Shown here piece after piece: positions 1 through 10,315 of a stretch of 64,000 bases of DNA. The position numbers and the translations under genes were made by a program. This DNA comes from a virus. How positions within the stretch are numbered: the first letter of the stretch is position 1; each line of letters begins with the position of its first letter. Location of the stretch: positions 33,428 to 97,427 of the IMG/VR virus record IMGVR_UViG_3300048583_000100. One strand, given 5' to 3'. The notes under the pieces are model-generated. The model made no database searches. It was not told the origin of the DNA and was given only the letters and a program-made list of their open reading frames with translations.

Positions 1-44
1 ATCAGTGACCTCGTACAGCGGCGGCTTAATTTTCATGTTTGTCC

Positions 45-986
45 TTAGACTGCCATTGGGGCTTTGATTGCCGGGTGAGAGTGATAGCCGACGATCTCGA
101 TATCAGCCATCGTGAATGAATCAATGTTGGTGATATCGGGGTTTAGACGAATGTCTGGAAGCGGGAATGGTTCACGCGTCAATTGCTCATTCACCTGATC
201 GAAATGGTTCTTGTAGATGTGCGCATCACCAATCGTGATGATGAGCTCGCCTACTTCGTAGCCAGTTACCTGGGCTAGCATGTGAGTGAGAAGCGCGTAA
301 GACGCAATGTTAAACGGCAGACCGAGGAACAGATCGTTCGAGCGAATGTAGACTTGGCAGCTTAGTTCATTGTGCTTCTGGTTAACGAAGAACTGACAGA
401 ACATGTGGCATGGCGGCAACGCCATCTGATCAATTTCGCCGACGTTGTAAGCAGTCAACAGCATTCTGCGATCGGTGGGATTGGTCTTGAGCGACTTGAC
501 GATATTGGCAAGCTGGTCTGTCGTAGAGACACCAACCTTGGCATCGAAGAGCGTCATGCCCTGTCCTTCGCCATGACTGACCGCATCCTTCACGCTCTTG
601 ATGGTGTGCGTACGCCAGTGTCTCCACTGAACGCCGTAGACTCGTCCAAGATCGCCTTCGAATTTGGCCTTCGGCTTCCAGTACGGAGCCTCTGCGTTTG
701 CAGTCCAGATGGTGGTGCGAGAGGGGTCTCGAGTGCCGTACGTAATCTCGGCGAGACGACGTTCATCTCCACTACCTTCTACGAACCAGAGCAATTCGCC
801 AGCGATGGGCGTGAAGAACGTTTTCTTCGTAGTGAGAAGAGGAAACCCGTCCTTAAGATGATGGCGAAGCTGACGACCAAAGAGAGCTACCGTACCTACG
901 CCAGTGCGATCAACTCGTTCGTCGCCGTCGGTCATGACGTCTTTCATTAGCTCAAGATACTGTACGTCGATATTTCCTGCGTCCAT
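45..986 (-). CDS. thyA: Thymidylate synthase
   Basis: DRTGVGT, GFPLLTTKK, MALPPCH (catalytic Cys), RSNDLFLGLPFNIASY, GDAHIYKNH, HPAIKAPMAV. Start taken at MDAGN (986); the ORF track extends to 1019. Confidence 0.97.
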   Translation of the reverse strand: MDAGNIDVQYLELMKDVMTDGDERVDRTGVGTVALFGRQLRHHLKDGFPLLTTKKTFFTPIAGELLWFVEGSGDERRLAEITYGTRDPSRTTIWTANAEAPYWKPKAKFEGDLGRVYGVQWRHWRTHTIKSVKDAVSHGEGQGMTLFDAKVGVSTTDQLANIVKSLKTNPTDRRMLLTAYNVGEIDQMALPPCHMFCQFFVNQKHNELSCQVYIRSNDLFLGLPFNIASYALLTHMLAQVTGYEVGELIITIGDAHIYKNHFDQVNEQLTREPFPLPDIRLNPDITNIDSFTMADIEIVGYHSHPAIKAPMAV

Positions 987-1039
987 GTTTGCTCTTCGTG
1001 ATGTGATGGGGAGATTCATGTGATGAATCTTACCGGTAT

Positions 1040-1591
1040 TTATTCGAGCTCGTTGTTCAGAAGTTTGGCACTTCGTAGCTCTTTCAGGATGGCCGTTACT
1101 GCTTCGACGGTTGACGTAAGATGAAAGTTGGGTTCATGACCTGATCCCGTATCACGATTTCCAGCAACGTTCAAGACCTCTACGCAGTTGTCTTTGATGA
1201 ATGCGACTGCAACTTCAACCTCTCGTTCGATGTCCTTAACAGGAAGACGAATGAGATGAACCGGCTTTGAGTGCTTTCTGCACAGCCGAATTGTCAGTGC
1301 AGTACCACCCGAGTTTGGGTTCGATGCTAGCACGAGCGTAGCATCCGAATCGCAGATGTTCTTCTCAGTGCGAGGTGGATACATCGGGCTGAAATGTTCT
1401 ACCAATCCGAATGTCGCGAGTTCTGGCGCTGGACCATACCAAGTCCTCCATCCCTTAGGAGCAGTTCCGCCGGTGGGGATGCCGCACGCTTTTGCTGCTT
1501 CCAGACCACCTCGATCAACGCCGCACTGACCACCGCTTATTACCTTGCGAAGGCCTGGGTAATCCATGATGAGGAAGTTAGGTGGCGTCAT
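1040..1591 (-). CDS. SLOG-family protein (putative molybdenum carrier / YpsA-like)
   Basis: KVISGGQCGVDRGGLEAA, RTEKNICDSDATL, GGTALT and VLNVAGNR motifs. Confidence 0.8.
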   Translation of the reverse strand: MTPPNFLIMDYPGLRKVISGGQCGVDRGGLEAAKACGIPTGGTAPKGWRTWYGPAPELATFGLVEHFSPMYPPRTEKNICDSDATLVLASNPNSGGTALTIRLCRKHSKPVHLIRLPVKDIEREVEVAVAFIKDNCVEVLNVAGNRDTGSGHEPNFHLTSTVEAVTAILKELRSAKLLNNELE

Positions 1592-2579
1592 TCTCGGGTT
1601 CTGCTTCTGAGTCGGGCTTTGCAAAGTCTTCGGGTTTCAGAGTGATGCCAAATGCGGCAGTTAGCTCCTTAATCAGAACAGTCAGCAGCATCTGTGCATC
1701 TTTGGCTGGCAGGTGCTCTGCCCAGTTTTTGTGAACAGCTTCTTGGAAATCCAGGATGCTCTTGAGATCGTATTCGGCGATGCGCTTGATCTCGGGGATG
1801 ACCCGAAGCAAGCAGTGACCGCGCATAAAGCGCGTTGCATCTTTCCAGTATCCCTTATCCTTGACCTTGAGCAGCGTATTCGCTTTAGTGCCGGGCGGGA
1901 TGTAGACCTTGACAGTCGTTCCATCGACCATCTGCGCTTCGGCATACCCGCCGGTAATCAAAAGGAAAGGAGACACGTTAAACTGCATCGTAAGATTGCC
2001 GATGTCAGACGGAGTAGTCTTGCCCCAATCGACCACCATTCCCTCTGGCGCCACGATCCGAACGTGAATCATGTACGTGAAGCCGTTCTCTTTGATGATC
2101 TCAACGACTTGATTGTCGAGAGCCCCCGAAGGTACCTTTACATTGCGAACACCGAGCCCGTCAATGTTGATCTTCTTACGGATACCACCAAAGGCTTCGT
2201 CGATCGCACAGTTAAACTGGACGACTCGAGGCTGCGGAGTTTCGTAGGATTTGTAATACGCGTTCTCTTTGTCTTTCTTGGCCTTAGCTTCGGCTCGTGC
2301 CCAAGCATCGTCCCCATACCCGCTTTTGAAGGCGTTCTTAAAGACGTCATTGAACGCATCTTCAAAGCCACCGTAGCTGGAGCCGGTTCGGGCGTATGGA
2401 CTGACTTTCTCTGGCGACTGAAGAGTTTCATATGCTTCGCCGACTCGCTTGAAGTCTTCTTCCTTGCCGCCTCTGTCGGGGTGAGTCTGCATTGCCTTGC
2501 GACGATAAGCAGCCTTGATGGCGTCCTTATCTGCTCCGGCTTCGAGGCCTAGAATCCTACGTGCTTCAGCGTGATTCAT
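1578..2579 (-). CDS. DnaJ/CbpA-like co-chaperone
   Basis: N-terminal J domain (AYRRKAMQTHPDRGG, HPD motif) and DnaJ C-terminal-like repeats (VKVPSGA, VYIPPGT, LKVKDKG); no zinc finger. Confidence 0.9.
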   Translation of the reverse strand: MNHAEARRILGLEAGADKDAIKAAYRRKAMQTHPDRGGKEEDFKRVGEAYETLQSPEKVSPYARTGSSYGGFEDAFNDVFKNAFKSGYGDDAWARAEAKAKKDKENAYYKSYETPQPRVVQFNCAIDEAFGGIRKKINIDGLGVRNVKVPSGALDNQVVEIIKENGFTYMIHVRIVAPEGMVVDWGKTTPSDIGNLTMQFNVSPFLLITGGYAEAQMVDGTTVKVYIPPGTKANTLLKVKDKGYWKDATRFMRGHCLLRVIPEIKRIAEYDLKSILDFQEAVHKNWAEHLPAKDAQMLLTVLIKELTAAFGITLKPEDFAKPDSEAEPENDAT

Positions 2580-2580
2580 T

Positions 2581-3081
2581 TCAGTTGATCAGTGAGTAGG
2601 TGTTTAGGAAGAGAGCACGACGGACAATCCACTGGTCGCTGTGATCGTCGATCTGGCGGCAGATGTAGTCGCCGAGGTCGCCATGTTGTATGCACTTGCC
2701 GAGACCAACGTCTTCGCCCCAACGAGCATAGATGGCAATGGAGTCACCGAATGGAACGCTGAAGAGCTCAGACGAAATCTCAAGGCTCTCAACAGAATTC
2801 TCCTGCTTCGGGAAGCAGATCATCCAGCCATCCGGATCAAAGCCAATCACGTCGTACTTATTCAGTAGACGTGCTGGCGTCTGTGGCCACACGTCGTCAG
2901 CTTCACCAATGCAGAACATCATGTCAGGAGACACGGCTTCTCGAGCCTCGAGAGTATCAAGCAGGAACTTGTGCATGACGGTCTGATCTGCGAAAATGCT
3001 GCTCATTGGCTTGGCGCGAATAGGCTTGATCTTCTTGGCAAGCTTCCACGGGCCAAGCGTTTCGGTGTTGACCATGATCAT
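2581..3081 (-). CDS. Hypothetical protein (PGDYG-like motif GDLGDYIC)
   Basis: 166-aa ORF abutting its neighbours. Confidence 0.6.
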   Translation of the reverse strand: MIMVNTETLGPWKLAKKIKPIRAKPMSSIFADQTVMHKFLLDTLEAREAVSPDMMFCIGEADDVWPQTPARLLNKYDVIGFDPDGWMICFPKQENSVESLEISSELFSVPFGDSIAIYARWGEDVGLGKCIQHGDLGDYICRQIDDHSDQWIVRRALFLNTYSLIN

Positions 3082-3617
3082 CGCGACTTCTCCCGGAGGC
3101 GTTCGATCTGAAGATCACGTAGCAGCTTCTGCGCATCTGTCATGCCAGCAGTTTCGAGCTTTTCCTGCTTGAGCTTGTCGATCAGTTCCCTAACAGTCAT
3201 GTTCTCTTCGAGCGCGAACTTCTCGATCTGCTTAGCGATAGACTCCAGGAACGACGCGATGACGAGTGTCACAACGATCTGCACGAGATAAAGTGCGAGC
3301 GTTACGAATGCTCCCCAGTAGGCGAGCGCACTGATAATGCCGAGCCATGTGGTATAGATGAAGGCCTTTCTCCAGAACGGCTGCGTCTTGTAGCGATAGA
3401 TTGCTTCAATTATCCCGATGTCTGATGTCAGATCACCGCTGCCCTTCTTTGCAATCACCAAGGCAACCACAACCATGGCGAGACCTACGACAACGGTAAT
3501 GAAGACGCTGAGCGCACCGATGAAGAACAGAAAAGCTGTGTGCTGCGTCAGATAGTAGCCGAGAGTCAGCCCAGGAAACAGAACATAGCCGAGTACATTT
3601 TGCCAAAGCTTGCTCAT
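3078..3617 (-). CDS. Predicted membrane protein
   Basis: About four hydrophobic segments; 4-bp overlaps with both neighbours. Confidence 0.7.
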   Translation of the reverse strand: MSKLWQNVLGYVLFPGLTLGYYLTQHTAFLFFIGALSVFITVVVGLAMVVVALVIAKKGSGDLTSDIGIIEAIYRYKTQPFWRKAFIYTTWLGIISALAYWGAFVTLALYLVQIVVTLVIASFLESIAKQIEKFALEENMTVRELIDKLKQEKLETAGMTDAQKLLRDLQIERLREKSR

Positions 3618-3913
3618 CGCTCGTCATCCTTTAGAGAAGTTGCCATCCAAGAGAATCCATGGCCGAACGTAAGGCCAAAGATAGTTACCGAGCTTACCGT
3701 ATGCCAGTCATACTCGGTGCAGCAGTAATCGAAAAGCTTTTTCGTGCGGCCAACCGCAATGAACGCGAACCATTCATCAACGGATTCCCATGGGGCATTG
3801 TCGAAATGCTCATTCTCGTATGCGCAGTACTTGGTCTTATAGGTGAAGTACACCCCACGATTGTACGTGTAGAGCCGCTTAGGCCTGTCGAGTTTTACGG
3901 GGGTGAAATTCAT
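3614..3913 (-). CDS. Hypothetical protein
   Basis: Tightly packed minus-strand ORF. Confidence 0.55.
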   Translation of the reverse strand: MNFTPVKLDRPKRLYTYNRGVYFTYKTKYCAYENEHFDNAPWESVDEWFAFIAVGRTKKLFDYCCTEYDWHTVSSVTIFGLTFGHGFSWMATSLKDDER

Positions 3914-3914
3914 G

Positions 3915-4100
3915 TTAGTCCTGGTAGAGCTTCAGTGCTGAGAAGGTGCCGAATGGTGGCTTGAATTTGTAAAGCTTATCGAATGCGACATCTGCATGAG
4001 CTCGCGTTTTAAACTCCAGGGTCTTCATTGTCGCCGCCCGGCCACCACCATCTTCATTGGCGTAGCCACCAAAGGTAAGCACTATCAGAATCTGGTACAT
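3915..4100 (-). CDS. Hypothetical protein
   Basis: Small packed ORF with GGAG upstream. Confidence 0.55.
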   Translation of the reverse strand: MYQILIVLTFGGYANEDGGGRAATMKTLEFKTRAHADVAFDKLYKFKPPFGTFSALKLYQD

Positions 4101-4120
4101 GCGTGTTCTCCGAACTTGGG

Positions 4121-5515
4121 TTAGGCGGTGAAGGTGAAGGCCTTCAGCTCACGGCGGTACATCTCATTCGCAGTGTCAGCCTTGAGGACAGCAAGCGCCT
4201 TCTTGTCCTCGGCGATCTCGGCCTTGAGCTCTTCGATCTTGTCCTTGGTCAGATTCCAAATCGGCATCTGCAGCAGGCGGTCGTAGTCGACGAAGTCGTT
4301 CTTGAGAAGCAGAGTGACGAGGTCGTCCTTCTTCTTGTTCTTGAACGCATCGACATTGGCCAGATAGAACAGGATGAAGCGAAGCTTCTCACTCAGCCAG
4401 CGGATGCGTTCACTGACATCTGCGATCATCTTCTGACGGCGATCTTCGTAGCGAGCCAGACGCCAGGCGGTGAATCGTTCGATGACAGCTTCGGCCGACG
4501 TAAAGCGCTTGATGATGCCGTCGGTATCCCAGAGCGTGAAGTTCTCGGTATCGCGCGAGATGAGCTTAAACTTCTTGTAGAGCTCGTCAGTGTCAAGAGC
4601 CGAAGTCGAGCGAGGCACCTTGACGATGAACTCAAAGCTGTGCTCCGTCGGGTTGCCTTCGTAATCGGAGATGACGCCGGCGTCCTCGAGCTTATTGAGC
4701 GTCTTCTTGTAGTCGTCGAGATACGTACCGATAGGGAACTCGGTGATCTTGATGGTGGTCGAGTTAACAACCTCGAGCTTGCCAGTGATGACAACCTGTC
4801 CAGTCTCAGCATTGCGCTCAATGGTACCGGCGAAGTTGTTGTACCAGGGAATCAGCGCGCCTTCCTTGAGCTTCTTGCCATCGAGGACCTTGATGATCGT
4901 GTCGCGAATCTGAGTAGGATGATAGGCCATGATGTTGCAAGCGTGGCCCGTACCGGTACCCTGAGCGCCATTGATGAGCATCAGCGGGAGGATCGGCATG
5001 TAGGTGCGAGGCTCGATCTTGTCGCCATCGTTTTCCAGATGATCGAGGATGTCGTCATCAGCCTTCGGGAAGAGGGCTCGGAAATACGGAGAGAGCTTCG
5101 TCTCGATGTATCGAGCAGCAGCGGGGTCGGCCGACAGACGAGAACCGAACTGACCTTCCGGCAGGAAGACGTTCATGTTGTTGGAGCCTGCGTAGTTGTT
5201 CGCAAGACCAACAATGGTCGACTGCATGGAGCCGATACCGTGGTGGTAGTCGGTCTCAGATGCGACGAAAGCTGCGAGACGTTCGACAGAGAGAAGGCCA
5301 CCATTTTCACCGCGACGAAGCGTGCCACAGATTGCCTTACGCTGTGAAGGCTTGAGGCCGTCAGTCAGCAGAGGAATCGAGCGGACGTTGTCGTAAAGGG
5401 AGAATTCCTTGAACGCCGAGCCGATGAAATGGCGGGTTCGAATGACACGAATGGATTTGGAAGCCGTCTTCGTAGGAGTCATCTTGGGTTCTGCTTTCTT
5501 GATAATGCGAGACAT
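4121..5515 (-). CDS. Type II DNA topoisomerase, cleavage subunit (T4 gp52 / GyrA-like)
   Basis: DGLKPSQRK, YHHG, GQFGSR, AAARYI (catalytic Tyr), LINGAQGTGTG; no C-terminal pinwheel domain. Confidence 0.96.
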   Translation of the reverse strand: MSRIIKKAEPKMTPTKTASKSIRVIRTRHFIGSAFKEFSLYDNVRSIPLLTDGLKPSQRKAICGTLRRGENGGLLSVERLAAFVASETDYHHGIGSMQSTIVGLANNYAGSNNMNVFLPEGQFGSRLSADPAAARYIETKLSPYFRALFPKADDDILDHLENDGDKIEPRTYMPILPLMLINGAQGTGTGHACNIMAYHPTQIRDTIIKVLDGKKLKEGALIPWYNNFAGTIERNAETGQVVITGKLEVVNSTTIKITEFPIGTYLDDYKKTLNKLEDAGVISDYEGNPTEHSFEFIVKVPRSTSALDTDELYKKFKLISRDTENFTLWDTDGIIKRFTSAEAVIERFTAWRLARYEDRRQKMIADVSERIRWLSEKLRFILFYLANVDAFKNKKKDDLVTLLLKNDFVDYDRLLQMPIWNLTKDKIEELKAEIAEDKKALAVLKADTANEMYRRELKAFTFTA

Positions 5516-5520
5516 GTAGT

Positions 5521-5550
5521 ATTGTATCCTGTTTTTGATTGGACGTAAAC
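5521..5550 (-). promoter_or_regulatory. T4-early-like promoter GTTTAC-N18-TACAAT
   Basis: Same consensus recurs at 11 sites in the window. Confidence 0.75.
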
Positions 5551-5554
5551 TGAA

Positions 5555-5761
5555 TCAGATTTTGATCAGGTTACTCTGCCTGACGGCGTAAGTTTTGTTC
5601 TCGTCAGAGCACAGCATGACGAGAATCTTACCGCCTCTGGTCCTCTTGATTATCTGGCACTCCGCGCCGATGAATGGACGAGAGTCGGCGTCAAAGTACA
5701 AATCGCCGCGGCTGTCGACAGTCACCCGGTCACCGGGCTCGAACTCTCCCGTCCTCATCAA
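5555..5761 (-). CDS. Small SH3/KOW-like hypothetical protein
   Basis: FEPGDRVTV start; lies between the two topoisomerase genes. Confidence 0.55.
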   Translation of the reverse strand: MMRTGEFEPGDRVTVDSRGDLYFDADSRPFIGAECQIIKRTRGGKILVMLCSDENKTYAVRQSNLIKI

Positions 5762-7743
5762 GCGGCCTCAACGATGAAGTCTTCGAAGTTATCTGCCGGA
5801 GTTTCCAACCAGACCTTACGGTCATCGGCACGTTCGCCATTGAATGCGAGGTCGAGGGCATTCTTGTCATCGCCATCTTCCATCGATACATTGAACAGGT
5901 AAGTGTCGAGGTTCTGCAGGTACGGCTTGAAGTCAGGAGTCTTGGTCGTGCCGAGACCCTTGAAGTAGCGGTGATTCCAACCACGCAGCTTCTTACCGTC
6001 GCTGTTAGCCCACAGCTTGAACTCGCGCTCAGTAAAGAACTCGTGAACGATCTTGTCCTTCACAAACACCTTGACGACCGGAGTGCGGAGGATATGGATG
6101 AAGCCAAGCTGGAACAGCTCAGGCCAGAAGTGGTCGAAGAGGTTCATGAGCAGGCCGGCAATGTGTGCGCCGTCAACGTCAGCGTCAGTTGCGAAAGCAA
6201 CCTTGCCGAAACGCAGCTCCTTGAGCGACTTAACAGGCACACCAATCTGCAGGCCGATGATCGTCAGAATCTTCTGGATTTCGTTCGGCTCAGTTTTCTT
6301 GCCGTCCTTCTCGCGATCCTTCTTCTTATCGAGGCCGAGAACTCGTGCGATTTCCTTCTCGCGGACATTTAGCGGCTTGCCCTTCAGAGGGAAGGTGCCG
6401 ATAAACTGGCGATCAGTCGCAGCTGCGAAGAGACTCTTGGAAGCGGAGTCACCCTCAGCCAGGAAGAGAACGCACTTGTGGCGATCGACCTTCTCAGTTG
6501 CGTCGTTGAACTTCTCAACACGCTTCGGGTTCGCCTTGTCAACGTCCTTGTTGAGCTTACGAACATCCTTCATCTGCTCCTGGAGAGCCTTGGCTTCCGC
6601 CCAGTCCAGAATCGACTGGATGATAGACGACTTGATGATCTTGTTGATCATCTTGTCAGGCACGGCCCACGAAGTCTTGTAGTCCTTGACTTCAGTGATG
6701 AGGTCTTCCTTGGTCTGCGAGGAGTAGCGAGGGTTGACGATCTGTGCGTCAATGAAGAGCGTCATGTGCTGACGCAGCTCCGACGGCTTGATCTCGACCT
6801 TGTGCTTCTTCTTGATGTGGGCGCGAACAGCTTCCCAAATCTGCATGCCTGCATAGAGGATATGCGTGCCACCGGTCTTCGTGTGGGTACCGTTGACGAA
6901 GGAGATGTGCTGGAAGCCGTCTTCGCTGTGAGCGATACCGACCTTCCAGTGTTCCGTCTCGTCATAGGCGTAGTCACCTTCACCAACGAACATCTCGATG
7001 TAGTCCTTGAACGAACGCGTCATCACGCGAACTCCGTTGAAGTAGACCTTGAGGTGCGTGTTGACGGCAGCTACCTGATAGACACGCGCGAGCAGCATCG
7101 CCATGTTGTCATCGTCGATGCCCTTCAGGCCAAGCTTCTCGAAGTCTGGGTAGTACGTGATTCGAGTGTAGCCCTTCGCGCCTTCTGCCGGAGTAACCTT
7201 GGCAGGCTTGCGGTCTTGCGAATGATCTTCGAAGACCATCTTGAACTTGTTCTTCGTGTCGCACGTCTCGATGACGAACTTGTGCGAGAAGATGTTGGTC
7301 AGAGCTGCACCTTCACCGTTCTGGCCAGTGAGCATTGCCTGATCATCGTCGTCGAAGTTTGAGCCAGCGCGGAGCTCGAAGATCATCTCCGGAATCCACT
7401 GATTGTATTCCTTGTGCTTGATGACCGGAATACCGCCGTTGTCGAAGACGCTGATTTCACCCTTCGCCTGGTCGATCTCAACACGAATGGTATCGAGGCC
7501 CTTACCTTCAGGACGCTTCGAATGGTCAGACGAGTTGGAGATGACTTCGTCGAACAGCTTGAGGAAGCCGGGGTTGTACGTAATTGGACGGCGGACCATC
7601 TTGACGTCAGTCGCAGACTTCACGTCAGGGATAAACTCGTCAGAGGTGTGAGGAGTAATGGAGCCAATGTATCGGCCTGGACGAAGGAGGACGTGCTCGA
7701 CCTCGTTAAGCTTCTTGTATTTCTGTTCGATCGACTTTGACAT
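5758..7743 (-). CDS. Type II DNA topoisomerase, ATPase/TOPRIM subunit (gp39+gp60-like, single ORF)
   Basis: EHVLLRPGRYIGS, EVISNSSD, DNGGIP, GQNGEGA, AEGDSA, PLKGKPLN, TDADVDGAHI, YFKGLGT. Confidence 0.96.
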   Translation of the reverse strand: MSKSIEQKYKKLNEVEHVLLRPGRYIGSITPHTSDEFIPDVKSATDVKMVRRPITYNPGFLKLFDEVISNSSDHSKRPEGKGLDTIRVEIDQAKGEISVFDNGGIPVIKHKEYNQWIPEMIFELRAGSNFDDDDQAMLTGQNGEGAALTNIFSHKFVIETCDTKNKFKMVFEDHSQDRKPAKVTPAEGAKGYTRITYYPDFEKLGLKGIDDDNMAMLLARVYQVAAVNTHLKVYFNGVRVMTRSFKDYIEMFVGEGDYAYDETEHWKVGIAHSEDGFQHISFVNGTHTKTGGTHILYAGMQIWEAVRAHIKKKHKVEIKPSELRQHMTLFIDAQIVNPRYSSQTKEDLITEVKDYKTSWAVPDKMINKIIKSSIIQSILDWAEAKALQEQMKDVRKLNKDVDKANPKRVEKFNDATEKVDRHKCVLFLAEGDSASKSLFAAATDRQFIGTFPLKGKPLNVREKEIARVLGLDKKKDREKDGKKTEPNEIQKILTIIGLQIGVPVKSLKELRFGKVAFATDADVDGAHIAGLLMNLFDHFWPELFQLGFIHILRTPVVKVFVKDKIVHEFFTEREFKLWANSDGKKLRGWNHRYFKGLGTTKTPDFKPYLQNLDTYLFNVSMEDGDDKNALDLAFNGERADDRKVWLETPADNFEDFIVEAA

Positions 7744-7782
7744 GAATGGGTTCCGATAGGAGTTGTGCTGCGTAGTGAGTCT

Positions 7783-7812
7783 ATTGTATCATGCCGTGAA
7801 CCTGGCGTAAAC
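7783..7812 (-). promoter_or_regulatory. T4-early-like promoter GTTTAC-N18-TACAAT
   Basis: Consensus match just upstream of the topoisomerase ATPase subunit. Confidence 0.75.
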
Positions 7813-7814
7813 TG

Positions 7815-8288
7815 TCAGAACGCCAGGACACCGCTCTGCTCGTCCTTTAGCTGCTTTCGCAGTTTCATCAGACGGCTGCAGAATTCTGTTTTGGTGAGAA
7901 CGGTCTCTGATTGCTTCGAGCGGCCAATCGAATGCTGAAGAACCGCATCGCCAGTGGCTAGCAACGCTTTCCTGAAGCCCTCGTTCCCGTCGCACATTGC
8001 CTTGTAAGCCCGATCAAGAAGTTCCTGATAGGCTTCAGACTTGCGTGGGTACTCGACACCGTTCCAGTGAAGGACCTGTCGCTCCTGCCAGTTCTTCATC
8101 TTGCCACGCTTCTTGGCATTGAAGCCGACGAGCTTGCATACTTCGACTTGGATGTGTACCTTTTCGAACTTGAAAGATTGTAGAAGGCCCTCAAAACTGG
8201 CACACTGCACCCCATCGAAAATAAATGGGTGCGGTGCGAAATTCGAGAGAGCTGCTGCGGGGTAACCACAGCCAGATTTGATGTCCAT
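7815..8288 (-). CDS. T4 gp30.3-like / NADAR-family protein
   Basis: YPAAALSNFAPHPFIFDG, SFEGLLQSFKF, FRKALLATGDAVLQHSIG. Confidence 0.8.
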   Translation of the reverse strand: MDIKSGCGYPAAALSNFAPHPFIFDGVQCASFEGLLQSFKFEKVHIQVEVCKLVGFNAKKRGKMKNWQERQVLHWNGVEYPRKSEAYQELLDRAYKAMCDGNEGFRKALLATGDAVLQHSIGRSKQSETVLTKTEFCSRLMKLRKQLKDEQSGVLAF

Positions 8289-8639
8289 GTTCAGTCCTTT
8301 AGCATCAAGAATTGATCAGGCATGTTCCAAGAAACCGGCCAATCGTCACCATCTTCAAGAGAGACGCCCGTAGGGTCTCGCCCGGTTTCTGGCATTTGGA
8401 TTTCCATGTCGCCATAATTCTCTTTAGCGGATTCCAGCATCGCAATCAGTAGGGAGATTTTCACGTCGGGTCCTTCGCGTTTCGGTATTCGATCATCTGC
8501 TCTTCAGTAAAGAGCGGTTGGATTTCAGCTGCGTTGTAACCCTTCTCCCACGACAACTCTTGTAGATAGCTGTCTCCGCGTCGACCTAGATCAGCGACGT
8601 AGACGTTGATGAACGCTCTTGGCTTAGGAAGGTCGCTCA

Positions 8640-9146
8640 TCAGATGCTACTCACAAGTTTAAGCGGCTCAACACTGAATTCCGTATCCGAGCTGTAACCA
8701 TACCCGAAGGTGTTTGGGTTTTCGCTGAAACCGAGAAGCTCTAGCTCTTCTTCAGTGGCGCCAGCAGCAATAGCATTTTGACGAGCATGCGCCACCGCCG
8801 CGTACAACATAGCAGTCTGTCGAGTGCGGTTGCGCTCGCTAATCGGCACCATCTTCTTTCGCCATTCTTCCATGCGTCGCTGATAGTCAGCGTTGAGTTC
8901 CTTAGTTGGCTTGGCTGGACCTTTTGGAGCTGGCTCCACTTGCTCCAAGCCAGATACTTCGGTACGAAGGAATGCCCAGCGAGCCTCACTTGCCTGCTTG
9001 TCCAGTTCAGAGAGACGGACATGCATCTCGCTTCGACGGATGACTTCGAGGTCAGCTTCTTCCCGAGTAGCGAATGCACAAACGTTGCTGCGCCACGCAT
9101 CATCGTACGAGCCACCACTTGCTACAACGATAAAGATGTCAGACAC
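8640..9146 (-). CDS. Hypothetical protein
   Basis: Part of ORF 8640..9221; likely GTG start overlapping the upstream gene. Confidence 0.55.
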   Translation of the reverse strand: MSDIFIVVASGGSYDDAWRSNVCAFATREEADLEVIRRSEMHVRLSELDKQASEARWAFLRTEVSGLEQVEPAPKGPAKPTKELNADYQRRMEEWRKKMVPISERNRTRQTAMLYAAVAHARQNAIAAGATEEELELLGFSENPNTFGYGYSSDTEFSVEPLKLVSSI

Positions 9147-9387
9147 GCGCCTTCTCCGGAATGATCTTCTCGTACACGTGAACCGTGCTGGAGACGTTGA
9201 TCTTGTTTGAGTCTTCGCCATGACGACCCTGTTCCCAGTTGGCAGTTACCTGATCTCTCCAGGTATGACGATAGCCAGGCCGGATGCTGATGGCGATGCT
9301 GTTGAATTCATACTTTTTAGCCAGCTCTGCACACTCTCGAGCATAGGCAATGAAGTCTTCTGGGATGTTGTGCTTGATGTCGCTCAC
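9139..9387 (-). CDS. Hypothetical protein
   Basis: Packed ORF with SD GAGGAG. Confidence 0.6.
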   Translation of the reverse strand: MSDIKHNIPEDFIAYARECAELAKKYEFNSIAISIRPGYRHTWRDQVTANWEQGRHGEDSNKINVSSTVHVYEKIIPEKARV

Positions 9388-9932
9388 GAAATCTCTCCTC
9401 GAGTTCCGTTGATCACGGCGTCGACCATGATGTCAGCTTCGTCACCGATGAGAGTGCGGTTACCGACATACTTGCCGCCTTCGTACAGGGTAATGCTTAC
9501 GGCGGGCCGACCATCGCTCATGAGACCGCCAGTGCGAACGCAATTCCAGCGACGCTGATCCTTAAGCAGTGCGGGAATTTGACCAGCAAGAATCTCCGCG
9601 TTGGTGGAAAGCTTATTGGCCGTCTCAATAAGCAGAGCGCAACTGGCAGATGCAGCTTCCAGTTCTGCTTTGAGTCGGGTAATCTCGTGGTTAAGCGTCG
9701 TCGCTGCATTGTTCCAGTGCGCGTTGACATCTCGCGCCATCTTGGTCAGCTCTTCATGGAGATACGGGCTGTCGGGAATAGCAAGACGATCGCCAGTCGG
9801 ATCGCAGATTCGGAAGGTGCTTCCACCGCCCTTAGTCTGTACTTCCCAACCGCCGGGTAGCGGAATGTATTCGCGAAGCATGTGCTTGTCCACGTCGATC
9901 GGTTCTACCTTGAGAGCCTTATCCAGTTCCAT
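9384..9932 (-). CDS. Hypothetical protein with central coiled coil
   Basis: 182-aa packed ORF. Confidence 0.65.
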   Translation of the reverse strand: MELDKALKVEPIDVDKHMLREYIPLPGGWEVQTKGGGSTFRICDPTGDRLAIPDSPYLHEELTKMARDVNAHWNNAATTLNHEITRLKAELEAASASCALLIETANKLSTNAEILAGQIPALLKDQRRWNCVRTGGLMSDGRPAVSITLYEGGKYVGNRTLIGDEADIMVDAVINGTRGEIS

Positions 9933-9934
9933 GT

Positions 9935-10312
9935 TTAGAGTTCCTCATCTGATGCGTATTTGGTAACTTCTGCTGCCATCCTTTTGACATATCCGTTCGC
10001 GCGGACCACTCTTTCCTCAGCATACTCATAAGCCTTTAGCACTACTTTGGCCGGAGGAGTCACACCACGGTGAATGGTAAGGTTTGCGGATTCAGCGAAC
10101 TGCATCCACGACTCGAAGCGATCGACGATCCAATCGCGAAGCTCTTCCTGATTGGTCATGTCAGGAGCAAAGTGATAGTGCGGAGTGTACATGCCACCGC
10201 CACCCCTGCCCCAGGAATAGTACGCGATCCATCCGGTTGCATTGGTTTCTTCGTCCGCAGTAGGACGTTTGGCGTCGTCGTAATCGACACCTTCTCGTTC
10301 AGACCAGCCCAT
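9935..10312 (-). CDS. Hypothetical protein
   Basis: Packed ORF. Confidence 0.6.
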   Translation of the reverse strand: MGWSEREGVDYDDAKRPTADEETNATGWIAYYSWGRGGGGMYTPHYHFAPDMTNQEELRDWIVDRFESWMQFAESANLTIHRGVTPPAKVVLKAYEYAEERVVRANGYVKRMAAEVTKYASDEEL

Positions 10313-10315
10313 AAA

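Noticed and set aside
4103-7362. Long plus-strand ORFs (e.g. 4103..5347, 6478..7362; also 19829..21214, 33270..34082, 54730..55563)
   Set aside because: Antisense shadows of well-supported minus-strand genes with biased codon usage; no protein motifs.
5758-7743. T4 gene 60-like translational bypass or intron in the topoisomerase
   Set aside because: The ATPase and TOPRIM parts form one uninterrupted ORF.
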